DNA of 64,000 bases from a virus (Duplodnaviria; Heunggongvirae; Uroviricota; Caudoviricetes): positions 52,033 to 116,032 of IMG/VR virus record IMGVR_UViG_3300035698_013589; one strand, written 5' to 3'. The notes beneath the pieces were generated by a model, which had not been told where the DNA came from, searched no databases, and worked only from the letters and a program-made list of their open reading frames with translations. Positions within the stretch are counted from its first letter, which is position 1; every line of letters begins with the position of its first letter. Positions 9,445 to 18,448 of the stretch are shown here, in pieces. Position numbers and translations under genes: made by a program.

Positions 9445-10402
9445 CTTCTTTTCATCCTTGTTTGGTGGAAAAGAAAAGAAATTACTTAAACAATTAAAAA
9501 AATTAAAGAAAGAGCACGACGCTCTTGATACAAAATTATTAAGTGGGAAAATAACAAAAAAGGAACTCGATAAGTATTATGAGTTAAAGGAGGATATTAC
9601 CAAAATGGCTAAGAAATTTATGTTAAAAGATGGAAAACTTGTTCTAAACACAGAGCAAAACAAAGGTGAAACAATGGACACAAAAATAGATGAAAGTAAA
9701 GTAAGTGCGCCAGCTCCTGTGCCACAACAAGCACCACAAGAGATGCCGCTACCACCAGCACCTGAACCTGTTCAACAACAAATACATGAACCTGTTCAAG
9801 AACCTGCGCCAATGAGAACAAGTCCTGCATATGTAGAAGCACAAATGAGAGCTGATGAAGATGCACAACAGCAAGCTATGATGCAAGCTCAACAACAAGC
9901 TCAAGCACAACAGCAAGCTATGGCTCAAGCACAACAGCAAGCTCAGATGCAAGCACAACAACAAGCTCAGATGCAAGCACAGGCACAACAACAAGCTCAG
10001 ATGCAAGCACAACAGGAAGCTCAGATGCAAGCACAACAACAAGCTCAGATGCAAGCACAACAGCAAGCTCAGATGCAAGCACAACAGGAAGCTCAGTATA
10101 GAGCACAACAAGAACAGGAACAACTTGAACTTCAAGCACAGCAAGAAGCACAAGCAAGAGTTGAACAGAGCAGTCAAATAAAATATGCTACTCAACAACA
10201 AACACCACCACAACAACCTGAAGGAAGAGCTTTAGTATATTTATCTGTTACTGATTTACCAGAACTTAATTTAGGAATAAACAAAGAAGCAATACCTGTT
10301 TTTGTAGATAAAATAAACAAAGCAATGCAGGATGCAACACCATTTCAGTTTGGTCCATACACAGTTAATGGAGCAAAGATATTAATGTACAGATTTGAAT
10401 AG
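9428..10402 (+). CDS. Q/A-rich low-complexity repeat protein
   Basis: tandem ~27-30 nt repeats (caacaagctcagatgcaagcacaa) at ~9890-10090 encode QQQAQMQAQ units. Confidence 0.5.
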   Translation: MATKNNFFSSLFGGKEKKLLKQLKKLKKEHDALDTKLLSGKITKKELDKYYELKEDITKMAKKFMLKDGKLVLNTEQNKGETMDTKIDESKVSAPAPVPQQAPQEMPLPPAPEPVQQQIHEPVQEPAPMRTSPAYVEAQMRADEDAQQQAMMQAQQQAQAQQQAMAQAQQQAQMQAQQQAQMQAQAQQQAQMQAQQEAQMQAQQQAQMQAQQQAQMQAQQEAQYRAQQEQEQLELQAQQEAQARVEQSSQIKYATQQQTPPQQPEGRALVYLSVTDLPELNLGINKEAIPVFVDKINKAMQDATPFQFGPYTVNGAKILMYRFE

Positions 10403-10550
10403 AGATGGAGAGAAGAATGAGCGGGTCACTAAAGGATTTTTTAACAGAAAAGAAACTTGTCGGTAGATGGATGATACTTGCTGCAGCCTTAGTAGGAGGA
10501 TTTGCAGGAGCGATTTTAATGTTTTTAGTGGCTCTGTTAGGTTTGGTATC

Positions 10551-11054
10551 ATGAAGATAAATAGTAAGTTATTGTGGGGCCTTATAATCGCATTTGGTAT
10601 TGCAAACTTACTTGATGTATCTACAGCTATGTTTATATTAGATGGAGAATCAAACCCAATTTATTTATTAACCCAATCTGTAGCAGTGTTGTGGATTATG
10701 AAAATAGGATTCATGATGTTGATTGGATGGATATATTTTAAAAACGAATATCCATCAAGATTTTGGTTATACTCATTCATATACATTTTAACAATTGGTA
10801 CATTTATTGTGAGTTTAGGTGTTTACAGTAACGTGTTAGGTATATTAAACCCAGCAATAGTTGAATCAGCAGCAGGAATATCATCAGCAGAAAAAGTAAA
10901 TTATTATACATATCTGATTAGTATTCTGATGGTCATACCATACATAATTTCAATGGTGGCATTCAAAATATATGATGTTGTTGAATCAAAAATCAAATAC
11001 AAATCACAGGTGGATGAGGAACTATGGGACTTAATGTCACAGGAAAAGAAGTAG
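10551..11054 (+). CDS. polytopic membrane protein
   Basis: 4-5 hydrophobic helices; start overlaps (ATGA) a 45-aa TM mini-ORF at 10417-10554. Confidence 0.45.
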   Translation: MKINSKLLWGLIIAFGIANLLDVSTAMFILDGESNPIYLLTQSVAVLWIMKIGFMMLIGWIYFKNEYPSRFWLYSFIYILTIGTFIVSLGVYSNVLGILNPAIVESAAGISSAEKVNYYTYLISILMVIPYIISMVAFKIYDVVESKIKYKSQVDEELWDLMSQEKK

Positions 11055-11165
11055 CAACAGGAGTACAAGACCCAATGGTAATGTTCTATATTGTTGCTGG
11101 TATATTTGGTGTTGGTGTGATTGTGATGATAGGATACTACTTGTACTCTTTACTAGGTAAATAAG

Positions 11166-11480
11166 ATGGAAGATGAACCTGATATTAAAATCCCAATAGA
11201 CAAAATAAACATCAAACTAAATTCTCTTTCAACAGGGAAAAAGGTATTCATAATAATTTTTTTGTTAGCAATACTTGGCTCATTATATTACATGACAACA
11301 ATAGATACATATGAAACAGTTAATTATATGCATCACGATACGATAGTATGCACAGAGCATTATGTTAATGGAGAGCTGAATGGCTCATCATGTGAAGAAT
11401 ATTACCCGAAACAAAAATGGCAGATAAACCAGCAATTACCAACCTTCGAAAATTGGACATTGACCCAGAATCAGAGTTAG
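11166..11480 (+). CDS. hypothetical protein with N-terminal TM
   Basis: ORF in track. Confidence 0.3.
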   Translation: MEDEPDIKIPIDKINIKLNSLSTGKKVFIIIFLLAILGSLYYMTTIDTYETVNYMHHDTIVCTEHYVNGELNGSSCEEYYPKQKWQINQQLPTFENWTLTQNQS

Positions 11481-11659
11481 GACAATCTTTACTTAAACTT
11501 GATGCTGTGTATGAACAACTCGAAAATATCGACAAACAAGTAGAATTTTTAAAAGATAAAAAGGTTCAACTTACTGAGGATGCCGACATGATGGAAATGT
11601 TATTGATGCATAAATTCAATAAGGATACGAGGATGGCTAAATGGGTCTCAAACAAATAG
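11417..11659 (+). CDS. hypothetical protein
   Basis: ORF in track. Confidence 0.3.
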   Translation: MADKPAITNLRKLDIDPESELGQSLLKLDAVYEQLENIDKQVEFLKDKKVQLTEDADMMEMLLMHKFNKDTRMAKWVSNK

Positions 11660-11788
11660 CAGCAGTTCTTATAATTATGGCTTCGTTGATGGTCATGTTC
11701 AAACAATATTTTGTAATTCTATTATTAATTTTCATAGGGTTGATAATATTATTTTTTATCATAAGATTGTTAGCTGATTTATATTGGT

Positions 11789-12865
11789 TTGGAAAAGACA
11801 GAGGTAACTGGTAATCAAATGAAACTTGGTGTTATTATTCTTTTATTATTGTTTCTTGCTAGCTGTACATATGTTGTTGATATACAAGTCTCAGACCAGG
11901 TTATGGATAATGTTGATACTTCGATAGAACAAGTAGAAGAGGAACCACAATATATAGTTAAACTTCTTCCAGGAGATACCATAACAAAAGAACTAACTTT
12001 CAAAGTTTATAACGATAAAGAATACACAGTCACATATGATTTGCATGAAAACTATTTAACATACTATGATTCATTACAACCTAATCTTGAAGCACCATTA
12101 GAAGATTTCTATCAACCATTCTTTGAAGAACAATATGGACAGGATATATTTGATGATATTTTATCCCAAGTAAAAGACATGACATCTGATGACAGAGAAA
12201 CAATTATTTATTTAATGCATCTTGTCGGCGGCATAGAATATAAAGAAGACTCAGAGTTTTATTATCCTTATACAATTTTGAATAATCAATTTGGAATGTG
12301 CACAGACAAATCATTTCTTATGGTAGAGTTCCTAAGACGTATGGGATATGGTGTAGCAATGTTAGAATTTTTAGATAACAATCACGTCGCTGTTGGTATC
12401 AAATGTGATTACAAACAATACGATGATTATTGTTTCATTGATACAACTTACGGATACAGAATAATTACAGACAACAAAGTAACATTCAAAAACAAAACTC
12501 CTTTATCTGAAGACGTTGATATTCTCTTTCTCTTTGATGGAAAAGAATATGATGCATCTTTAGATGTTAAAGAGTCAAAGGCTCTTCAATCCAACATATC
12601 ACGTTACTATGATATTTATGATGAGGCTTCAGGATACACTGAGTTCTTTGATGCAGTCAAAGACACAGGGTGTTTAGATGGTCGTGTGCTTGACCCAGTG
12701 CTAATGCCTGGTAGCATTATCATAATGGAGCTCAATGATATGAGCCCTTCATGCCGTGATATTATAATCAGACACAACGACAGAGTTGATGATTATAACA
12801 CTCTTATCGACGAGGGTGAGGCTATTGAGTCGTTGCTTGCTCGTTACAGTGGCTACAACGGATGA
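11789..12865 (+). CDS. transglutaminase-like cysteine protease lipoprotein
   Basis: lipobox LLFLASC; GMCTDKSFLMVEFLRRMGYGV (Cys motif), NNHVAVGIKCD (His) and downstream Asp fit transglutaminase-like core. Confidence 0.5.
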   Translation: MEKTEVTGNQMKLGVIILLLLFLASCTYVVDIQVSDQVMDNVDTSIEQVEEEPQYIVKLLPGDTITKELTFKVYNDKEYTVTYDLHENYLTYYDSLQPNLEAPLEDFYQPFFEEQYGQDIFDDILSQVKDMTSDDRETIIYLMHLVGGIEYKEDSEFYYPYTILNNQFGMCTDKSFLMVEFLRRMGYGVAMLEFLDNNHVAVGIKCDYKQYDDYCFIDTTYGYRIITDNKVTFKNKTPLSEDVDILFLFDGKEYDASLDVKESKALQSNISRYYDIYDEASGYTEFFDAVKDTGCLDGRVLDPVLMPGSIIIMELNDMSPSCRDIIIRHNDRVDDYNTLIDEGEAIESLLARYSGYNG

Positions 12866-13449
12866 GGCTGATGACCCTGAGTATACTCTAGTATATATTT
12901 GAAAAAAGAAAGAAAACCACAATACAAAAGAAATATATATATAAACGAGGTTCACTTTCCTCATCATAACAAGAGTACCTTACCATGCAGCGAAGTCGGC
13001 ATGGTTAGTATAGTAGGTGGAAATTTAATTTTCATAAGGCATACAAAACTGTGGATTTATGTGGTTTCACATATTAAGCATTGTATAACCTTGATACCAA
13101 AATTAACTTTTTGACGAAAAAATTTGAGCTAACCGAAGCCAAATAATTATTTCCCACCATTCTCAATAGTTTTCAATCCATCAGGATTTTCTCCAGGGAA
13201 AAAAACTTTTTTTTCTAAATAAAGGCCCTTTTCAAAAGACTCATGGTAATCTAATCCTCACTGTTTTTTGGGGGGTACGGTAGGCCCTTTCTGTGTTACT
13301 TGATTCAACTTAAATTTTTAATTTTGAAATCTGCAGCAGCACTTTCCTGGATAATGTATATACAATAAAACAATAGTTATAGAATATAACGTATAGTATA
13401 TATTTATTATTGTGTTACTTATCTTGGGCTGATTTGTGGCTGTGTTACC

Positions 13450-13492
13450 TGTGTTACCGCAGTAACACAAGTTACCTGCAAAAGCAGGTAAC
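13450..13492. repeat. twin perfect palindromes TGTGTTAC-cgca-GTAACACA and GTTACCTGC-aaaa-GCAGGTAAC
   Basis: read directly from sequence; share GTAACAC core with the cassette hairpins. Confidence 0.85.
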
Positions 13493-13499
13493 ACAGGGT

Positions 13500-13790
13500 G
13501 AACTTTGAAATTTGAAACTTCGTATTCAAATACAATATTGAATTTGGACTTTAAATTTAGAATTGATTTTTGGGGTTGAATTTTCAATAAAAGAATTGAA
13601 TTTTGAAAGATTGAATATTCAAAATTAGCTTCAATTTTGAATTTTAAAAAATTGGCTTTTGAAAATTGAATTTTTTTAGCTTTAAATTTTGAAATTGAAA
13701 ACCTTTTCAAAATTGAATCAGATTTCAATTTTAAAGGGGTTTAAATGGCTCAAAATTGAATCTTTTTTAATTTCTGATATTTGATATATC
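13500..13790. repeat. degenerate iteron field (TTGAATTTTGAAA / CAAAATTGAAT units, >15 copies, both orientations)
   Basis: visible tandem/inverted AT-rich repeats. Confidence 0.6.
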
Positions 13791-13839
13791 AAAATTTAAT
13801 CATGTAAGATTTAACATAAAAAGAGGAGTTAAAAACCAA

Positions 13840-14100
13840 AGTATCAAAGTAACACACTTGAAATGATGATACTTTGATACTTTGATATTTTTTACTACTT
13901 CTAAGTGTAGCTAAAATATTAAATAAACCACTCACTTTTTATATATTTGAAAGTGGGGTTTTATCGTGGTGAAATGGCAAAAATTAACAGCGAATTTTTT
14001 TTAAATCCTATTAGAAAACTATTAAAAAAATAGACTAATTTTAACTAAAAAATTTAGTATCATTTAGTATCATTTTTGGCGAAATGATACTAAACCTTTA
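13840..14100. repeat. short direct repeats (gatactttgata x2; tttagtatcat x2 plus inverted atgatactaaa)
   Basis: read from sequence. Confidence 0.5.
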
Positions 14101-14116
14101 TAAAGGGCTTTTATAA

Positions 14117-14238
14117 GTGTGTTACTTTTTTCTGACTTTTGAATTTTGAACATTAAAACGAAACATTTATATAGTAGTTAGTATATCCTAATTAATATAA
14201 AAGGTTATCATTAGCCATAAATTAATGATGGGGCAAAA
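14117..14238 (+). promoter_or_regulatory. leader module copy 1 (GTGTTACTTTT half-site, BRE/TATA 14166-14173, IR, conserved 5'UTR)
   Basis: near-identical to six downstream copies. Confidence 0.6.
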
Positions 14239-14550
14239 ATGGAAAAACAGAACAAATTTAGTTTATATATTGGTTTATTAAAATCAGACATGGAAACGGC
14301 TTTAAATTCTGAAAGTGTTTTAAATGTTGTATCAGACAATTTTTTAAAATTGGGAATCATGGGTTTTAATTCTGAAAATATAAAAGGTTTTTGGAACGGC
14401 AAACCTGAAGGGGCTTTAAAAATTTCTTTTATTAATACTTTTGATATTCATTTTAAAGATTTTTTAAAAGTGGTTGAATCTTTAAAAATTCAATTAGAGC
14501 AAGAATCTATTTTAATAGAGCAAGAGCAAGTTTTATATAATTTTGCTTAA
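14239..14550 (+). CDS. cassette gene 1, hypothetical small protein
   Basis: starts at ATGGAAA of conserved leader; ends at oligo-T. Confidence 0.6.
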   Translation: MEKQNKFSLYIGLLKSDMETALNSESVLNVVSDNFLKLGIMGFNSENIKGFWNGKPEGALKISFINTFDIHFKDFLKVVESLKIQLEQESILIEQEQVLYNFA

Positions 14551-14685
14551 ATTTTTTTTTCTCATGAAGCGTGTTACTTTCCTTGAATCCATGCAACAAA
14601 GTAACACAGATATATTTATATAGTAGTTAGTATATCCTAATTACATAAGGTTATCATTAACCATAAAATAATGATGGGGCAAAAA
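14551..14685 (+). promoter_or_regulatory. leader module copy 2: oligo-T, hairpin GTGTTACTTT...AAAGTAACAC, BRE/TATA, IR ATCATTAA-n7-TTAATGAT, GGGG RBS
   Basis: sequence identity with other copies. Confidence 0.7.
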
Positions 14686-15072
14686 ATGGAAACAATAAAA
14701 GAAAATAGCGAATATAAAATATTTGCAGTTAGTAGCTTTATGGCACATACAACAGCACAAATTTTTAAAGTTGTGGGTTTTCAGGAAAGTAAACCAATAG
14801 TAGTTTTTAAAAATCATAAAGGAAATTATGAAAGAAAAAAAAGACTTTTGGACATGGACAAAAAAGATATTATTATAATTCCTTTAAATGATTGTATTTT
14901 GAAAGCAGACAGCGAAACAGGGAATTTTTTTGGTAATGCGTGTTTTAATTTCTTAAATTCTGAATCACAAATTATAGAGCAATTAAAACTTAATTTAATT
15001 CAGGGTTTTGAATCAAGATGGAAATTTAACAGCGTGGACGAAAACCGAAATTATACAGAACTTTCTATTTAA
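14686..15072 (+). CDS. cassette gene 2, hypothetical protein (true start ATGGAAAC; track start MMGQK is leader read-through)
   Basis: conserved leader analysis; in copy 1 and copy 3 the upstream ATGATGGGG is out of frame or hits a stop. Confidence 0.6.
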   Translation: METIKENSEYKIFAVSSFMAHTTAQIFKVVGFQESKPIVVFKNHKGNYERKKRLLDMDKKDIIIIPLNDCILKADSETGNFFGNACFNFLNSESQIIEQLKLNLIQGFESRWKFNSVDENRNYTELSI

Positions 15073-15208
15073 TTTTTTTTTTTCGTTTCAGGCGTGTTAC
15101 TTCTCCTGAATCAAGCAAAAAGTAACACGGATAAGTTTATATAGTAGTTAGTATATCCTAATTATAAGAAAAGGTTATCATTAACCATAAATTAATGATG
15201 GGGTAAAA
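15073..15208 (+). promoter_or_regulatory. leader module copy 3
   Basis: hairpin GTGTTACTT...AAAGTAACAC 15094-15128, TATA 15136-15143. Confidence 0.7.
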
Positions 15209-15460
15209 ATGGAAATATGCGAAACGGCAACCGATAAAAAAGGCAGTTATTCAGAATTTGACAATAATGAAGAAAGGGTTTATATTTTTAATAAAAGTGA
15301 TGAATGTATAAACTATTTTGAAGCTTACGACCTTGAAGAATTGGCTTTAAATAATCACAAAAAAAGCGAACACTTATATTAATTTTTTTTTCTTGAATCA
15401 TGTGTTACTTTGTAAACGAATCAGGATAAAAGTAACACGGAAACATTTATATAGTAGTTA
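15209..15460 (+). CDS. cassette gene 3 (not in supplied track); ORF reads through oligo-T and next leader, possibly decayed
   Basis: ATGGAAATATGC start after leader (leader ATGATGGGG hits TAA here); manual translation gives 83 codons ending TAG at 15458. Confidence 0.3.
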
Positions 15461-15516
15461 GTATATCCTAATTACATAAGGTTATCATTAACCATAAATT
15501 AATGATGGGGCAGAAC
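15383..15516 (+). promoter_or_regulatory. leader module copy 4
   Basis: hairpin 15401-15437, TATA ~15445. Confidence 0.7.
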
Positions 15517-15888
15517 ATGAAAAAATCAGAACTTAAAACAACAACTTTAAAAAAGTTAATGACAGCACACAGAATAAACCAACAATGGCACAATAAAAAT
15601 AAATCAGGTGGCAATTTTGGTTTAAATTTCTATTTTGGCGAAACTTTTGAAAGGGGAAGAGATAAAAGTTTAAGTGGCTATTATAATGTAGATGGCGATT
15701 TATACAGCTTATCTTATGGTAATGCTTACGGCGTGGGGCAGAAAATACCAAAAGAAATTCTAAAAGATATTAACCTATTAGCTAAATATTTATTACACTT
15801 AAATAATAATGGTGATTGGTTGAAATTTCTCCAAGATAATAATTTATTTGAAGAGTATCAAGAAAGACAGGGGCTTAAAAATGAATAA
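15517..15888 (+). CDS. cassette gene 4, hypothetical protein
   Basis: start ATGAAAAAATCA following conserved GGGGCAGAAC. Confidence 0.55.
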   Translation: MKKSELKTTTLKKLMTAHRINQQWHNKNKSGGNFGLNFYFGETFERGRDKSLSGYYNVDGDLYSLSYGNAYGVGQKIPKEILKDINLLAKYLLHLNNNGDWLKFLQDNNLFEEYQERQGLKNE

Positions 15889-15902
15889 AAGAAATTTAGA
15901 AT

Positions 15903-16214
15903 ATGAGGAGAAATTTAAAAAATATCTTTTTAAATTTGATTTGCAGACACATAAAGAAATCTGTAAAAATATCAATGTTAGACATAATCAGGGTGGTAAA
16001 ATTGATTAGTAAACAATATATCAAAGAATTAGAATTTAAAGACATTTTTGAATTTTATAATTATGTTGTGGAATCAAAAATAAATGGCAATTACAGACAG
16101 ACAAAAGACTTTATTAACAAAATGAATCAAGAACAAAAACGGCAGTTTTTAGGGTTTTTAGTTTGTGAGGGGCATAGCGAACACATAGCAGAATTTAACA
16201 AAATGTTAATTTAG
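15903..16214 (+). CDS. hypothetical protein
   Basis: ORF in track, no own leader. Confidence 0.35.
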   Translation: MRRNLKNIFLNLICRHIKKSVKISMLDIIRVVKLISKQYIKELEFKDIFEFYNYVVESKINGNYRQTKDFINKMNQEQKRQFLGFLVCEGHSEHIAEFNKMLI

Positions 16215-16222
16215 GGGGCAAA

Positions 16223-16498
16223 ATGACAGATAAAAAAGAAGAGCCAAAACCTGAATATATCACAATTGTTGATATTAGAAAAAGCAATTTAACCAATAAA
16301 ATCTTTATTGTATCACAAGATTATATAATGCAAACTGATTTTTGTAATGGTGGATTTTATCAGGAACAAAGCACAGAATTAGAATTTGTAAACAGGAAAG
16401 ACCTTTTATTTACTATTCAGAAAAAAAAGGAACTTTCAAACAACACTATAAAAGAAGTGGGGCAGTTAGAAAAACTTTTAACAGGGGGCAAAAAATGA
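16223..16498 (+). CDS. hypothetical protein
   Basis: GGGGGCAAAATG RBS/start identical in style to leader RBS. Confidence 0.5.
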   Translation: MTDKKEEPKPEYITIVDIRKSNLTNKIFIVSQDYIMQTDFCNGGFYQEQSTELEFVNRKDLLFTIQKKKELSNNTIKEVGQLEKLLTGGKK

Positions 16499-16668
16499 AA
16501 ACATTTAGAGTAGAAATTTTTGAATATGCAACAGGAAAAACAGAAGCCGTTATTGGAACAGGATTAAACGAAGATAGGGCAGAAAAAAGAGCCATGACAG
16601 GTTTAAGCCGTTGTAATTCAGATTATGGAACAAGAAGCATAGACGAAAAAACAGGCGAAGTTTTGTAA
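16495..16668 (+). CDS. small hypothetical protein (57 aa, not in track)
   Basis: ACAGGGGGCAAAAAATG RBS/start; ATGA overlap with previous stop; ends at oligo-T. Confidence 0.4.
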   Translation: MKTFRVEIFEYATGKTEAVIGTGLNEDRAEKRAMTGLSRCNSDYGTRSIDEKTGEVL

Positions 16669-16802
16669 TTTTTTTTCTCAATAATGTGTTACTTTTTTTG
16701 TGAATCAGGATAAAAGTAACACGGAAACATTTATATATTAGTTAGTATATCCTAATTATAAGAAATGGTTATCATTAACCACAAATAATGATGGGGCATA
16801 AA
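16669..16802 (+). promoter_or_regulatory. leader module copy 5
   Basis: hairpin 16686-16722, TATA 16731-16738. Confidence 0.7.
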
Positions 16803-17180
16803 ATGGAAACTAAAAAGTTAATAGTAGGGCTTAATAAGTTGTTTAAGCATAAAGTAGATGATGGTGAAGAGATACCACAAAAAGAATTAAAGGGCTATTT
16901 AGAGCAGTCTAATGTTATTATGGTAATACCAAAAATTAGAGAACTAAAAAATTATTTAGTTGAAAATTTTGATGTTTCGGAATCAAAAATTCCTGAATTA
17001 AATTATAGTTCTGAAAATAGTGGAACTTCTAAATATTCATGTGATTTTATGAAAATGATTTTGGAACTATTAAAACACACAGAATTAGAAAGTTTTAAAC
17101 TTTCAGTTGCAAAAGATTACCCAATGACAATAGAAACTAAAGAGTATAAAGTTATTATTGCACCAAGAGTAGATAATTAA
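16803..17180 (+). CDS. cassette gene 5, hypothetical protein
   Basis: starts ATGGAAACT after leader. Confidence 0.6.
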   Translation: METKKLIVGLNKLFKHKVDDGEEIPQKELKGYLEQSNVIMVIPKIRELKNYLVENFDVSESKIPELNYSSENSGTSKYSCDFMKMILELLKHTELESFKLSVAKDYPMTIETKEYKVIIAPRVDN

Positions 17181-17314
17181 TTAATTTTTTTTCTCAACAA
17201 TGTGTTACTTTTCTTGAATCAGGATAAAAGTAACACGGAAACATTTATATAGTAGTTAGTATATCCTAATTACATAAGGTTATCATTAACCATAAATTAA
17301 TGATGGGGCAAAAA
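17181..17314 (+). promoter_or_regulatory. leader module copy 6
   Basis: hairpin 17202-17236. Confidence 0.7.
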
Positions 17315-17992
17315 ATGGAAACAATAAATGTTTATGAAAACGGCGTATTAATTGAATATGCAGAATGGGAAAAATTAGAGGAATCAGAACAAACCAATTT
17401 CTTAACTACTGATGACTTTGCAGATTGTGATTTTTTAAAAATTAAGGGCGAAATTGCAGTAAATTTTATTAATCATGATGACAAAATATTTTATATAATC
17501 TTTCCTGAATTTGAAGAGCATGAGGACATTATTAAATTTATTCTATTAAGATTTTTTTCAGATGATTTTAAGAAATCATTTACTGAATTGGATACATGGC
17601 ATACAGACCAAAAAGAAAAACAACAATATAAAGCTATATTAGAGACCAATATAGTCTTATTTTATAGGGGTGGCGTGGGTTATTCTTATGGGGTTCATAG
17701 ATTAGAGCCATTAAAATTAAATGAAGCTATTGGCTATTTAAACGGCTTTTGTGGGTATATTGATGTTGAGAATGATGAAGATTATAAAGAATCTGAAATT
17801 ATTGAGACAGCAAACAAAAAACTTTTTTCTGATTTTGAGTTAGATTATACATATATAGGGCATGAGACTATTAATAAATGCAAAAATTGTAATAGTTTTT
17901 TGCATAAAGAAATCCATGAGACAAAAGATAAATACCCTTTTGTTTGCTTAAATTGTGATGAAAATATGTTTGAATTTGAGGTTGAAAAATGA
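17315..17992 (+). CDS. cassette gene 6, hypothetical protein with C-terminal zinc ribbon (CKNC...CLNC)
   Basis: starts ATGGAAACA after leader. Confidence 0.6.
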   Translation: METINVYENGVLIEYAEWEKLEESEQTNFLTTDDFADCDFLKIKGEIAVNFINHDDKIFYIIFPEFEEHEDIIKFILLRFFSDDFKKSFTELDTWHTDQKEKQQYKAILETNIVLFYRGGVGYSYGVHRLEPLKLNEAIGYLNGFCGYIDVENDEDYKESEIIETANKKLFSDFELDYTYIGHETINKCKNCNSFLHKEIHETKDKYPFVCLNCDENMFEFEVEK

Positions 17993-18108
17993 AAATTAAA
18001 ACAAAATGTAAAAGTTGTGAAAGTGGTTTTTCAAAAGAAAAATTTTTATTCAATTGTTGTCCTATTTGTAAAGGAAAAAATTTAATAGAGGTTGAAAATG
18101 AAAACTGA
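17989..18108 (+). CDS. 39-aa zinc-ribbon mini-protein (CKSC...CPIC)
   Basis: ATGA overlap with upstream stop; four Cys in two CxxC pairs. Confidence 0.35.
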   Translation: MKIKTKCKSCESGFSKEKFLFNCCPICKGKNLIEVENEN

Positions 18109-18448
18109 ACAAATGCAAAACTTATTAATTGGGGCTTTTGAGGGTGGTTCTAATTATTGGTATCAAATAAAAGAATTTATCAACAGAAAACCAAAACAGG
18201 AAACTCCTGAATATTTGCCGTCCTATATAACTACTCCTTTTAGTAAAGATGGGGCTTTAATAATTTCAGATATTGAGGGAGATGAAGAGGACAAAACTTT
18301 AAATTTGAAAGCGTTAAAATCAGGGGCAAAAATCATGCATGAAAAATATCCTAAACATTATGCAGATGTTTTAAATGAAGATGATGATTGTATAACAGCA
18401 GATGTATATTTACAATGTTGTCTTTTTGGAGAAATTATTTTTGGTTAA
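18098..18448 (+). CDS. hypothetical protein (track start 18092 is a TTG; ATG at 18098 preferred)
   Basis: ORF ends at oligo-T before leader copy 7. Confidence 0.5.
   Translation: MKTEQMQNLLIGAFEGGSNYWYQIKEFINRKPKQETPEYLPSYITTPFSKDGALIISDIEGDEEDKTLNLKALKSGAKIMHEKYPKHYADVLNEDDDCITADVYLQCCLFGEIIFG

Larger units (their letters stand above)
12866..14238. other. 1.37 kb non-coding AT-rich region with iterons and palindromes (putative replication origin / regulatory hub)
   Basis: no credible ORF; multiple direct and inverted repeats (see other features). Confidence 0.45.

Noticed and set aside
13318-13728. 136-aa minus-strand ORF and 71-aa plus ORF (12899-13114) inside the non-coding region
   Set aside because: Both fall in iteron or palindrome sequence. 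Both have repeat-driven amino-acid composition and no promoter or RBS. I treat the region as non-coding.
13500-13790. Possible CRISPR array
   Set aside because: The repeats are degenerate, of irregular length and spacing, AT-only, and present in both orientations. There are no cas genes. This is iteron-like, not CRISPR.
14671-17992. MMGQK/MMGHK N-termini given by the ORF track for cassette genes (14671, 15502, 16788, 17300)
   Set aside because: This is an artefact of an in-frame ATGATGGGG in the conserved leader. In two copies the same leader codons are out of frame or stopped. The true start is the downstream ATG after the GGGG RBS.
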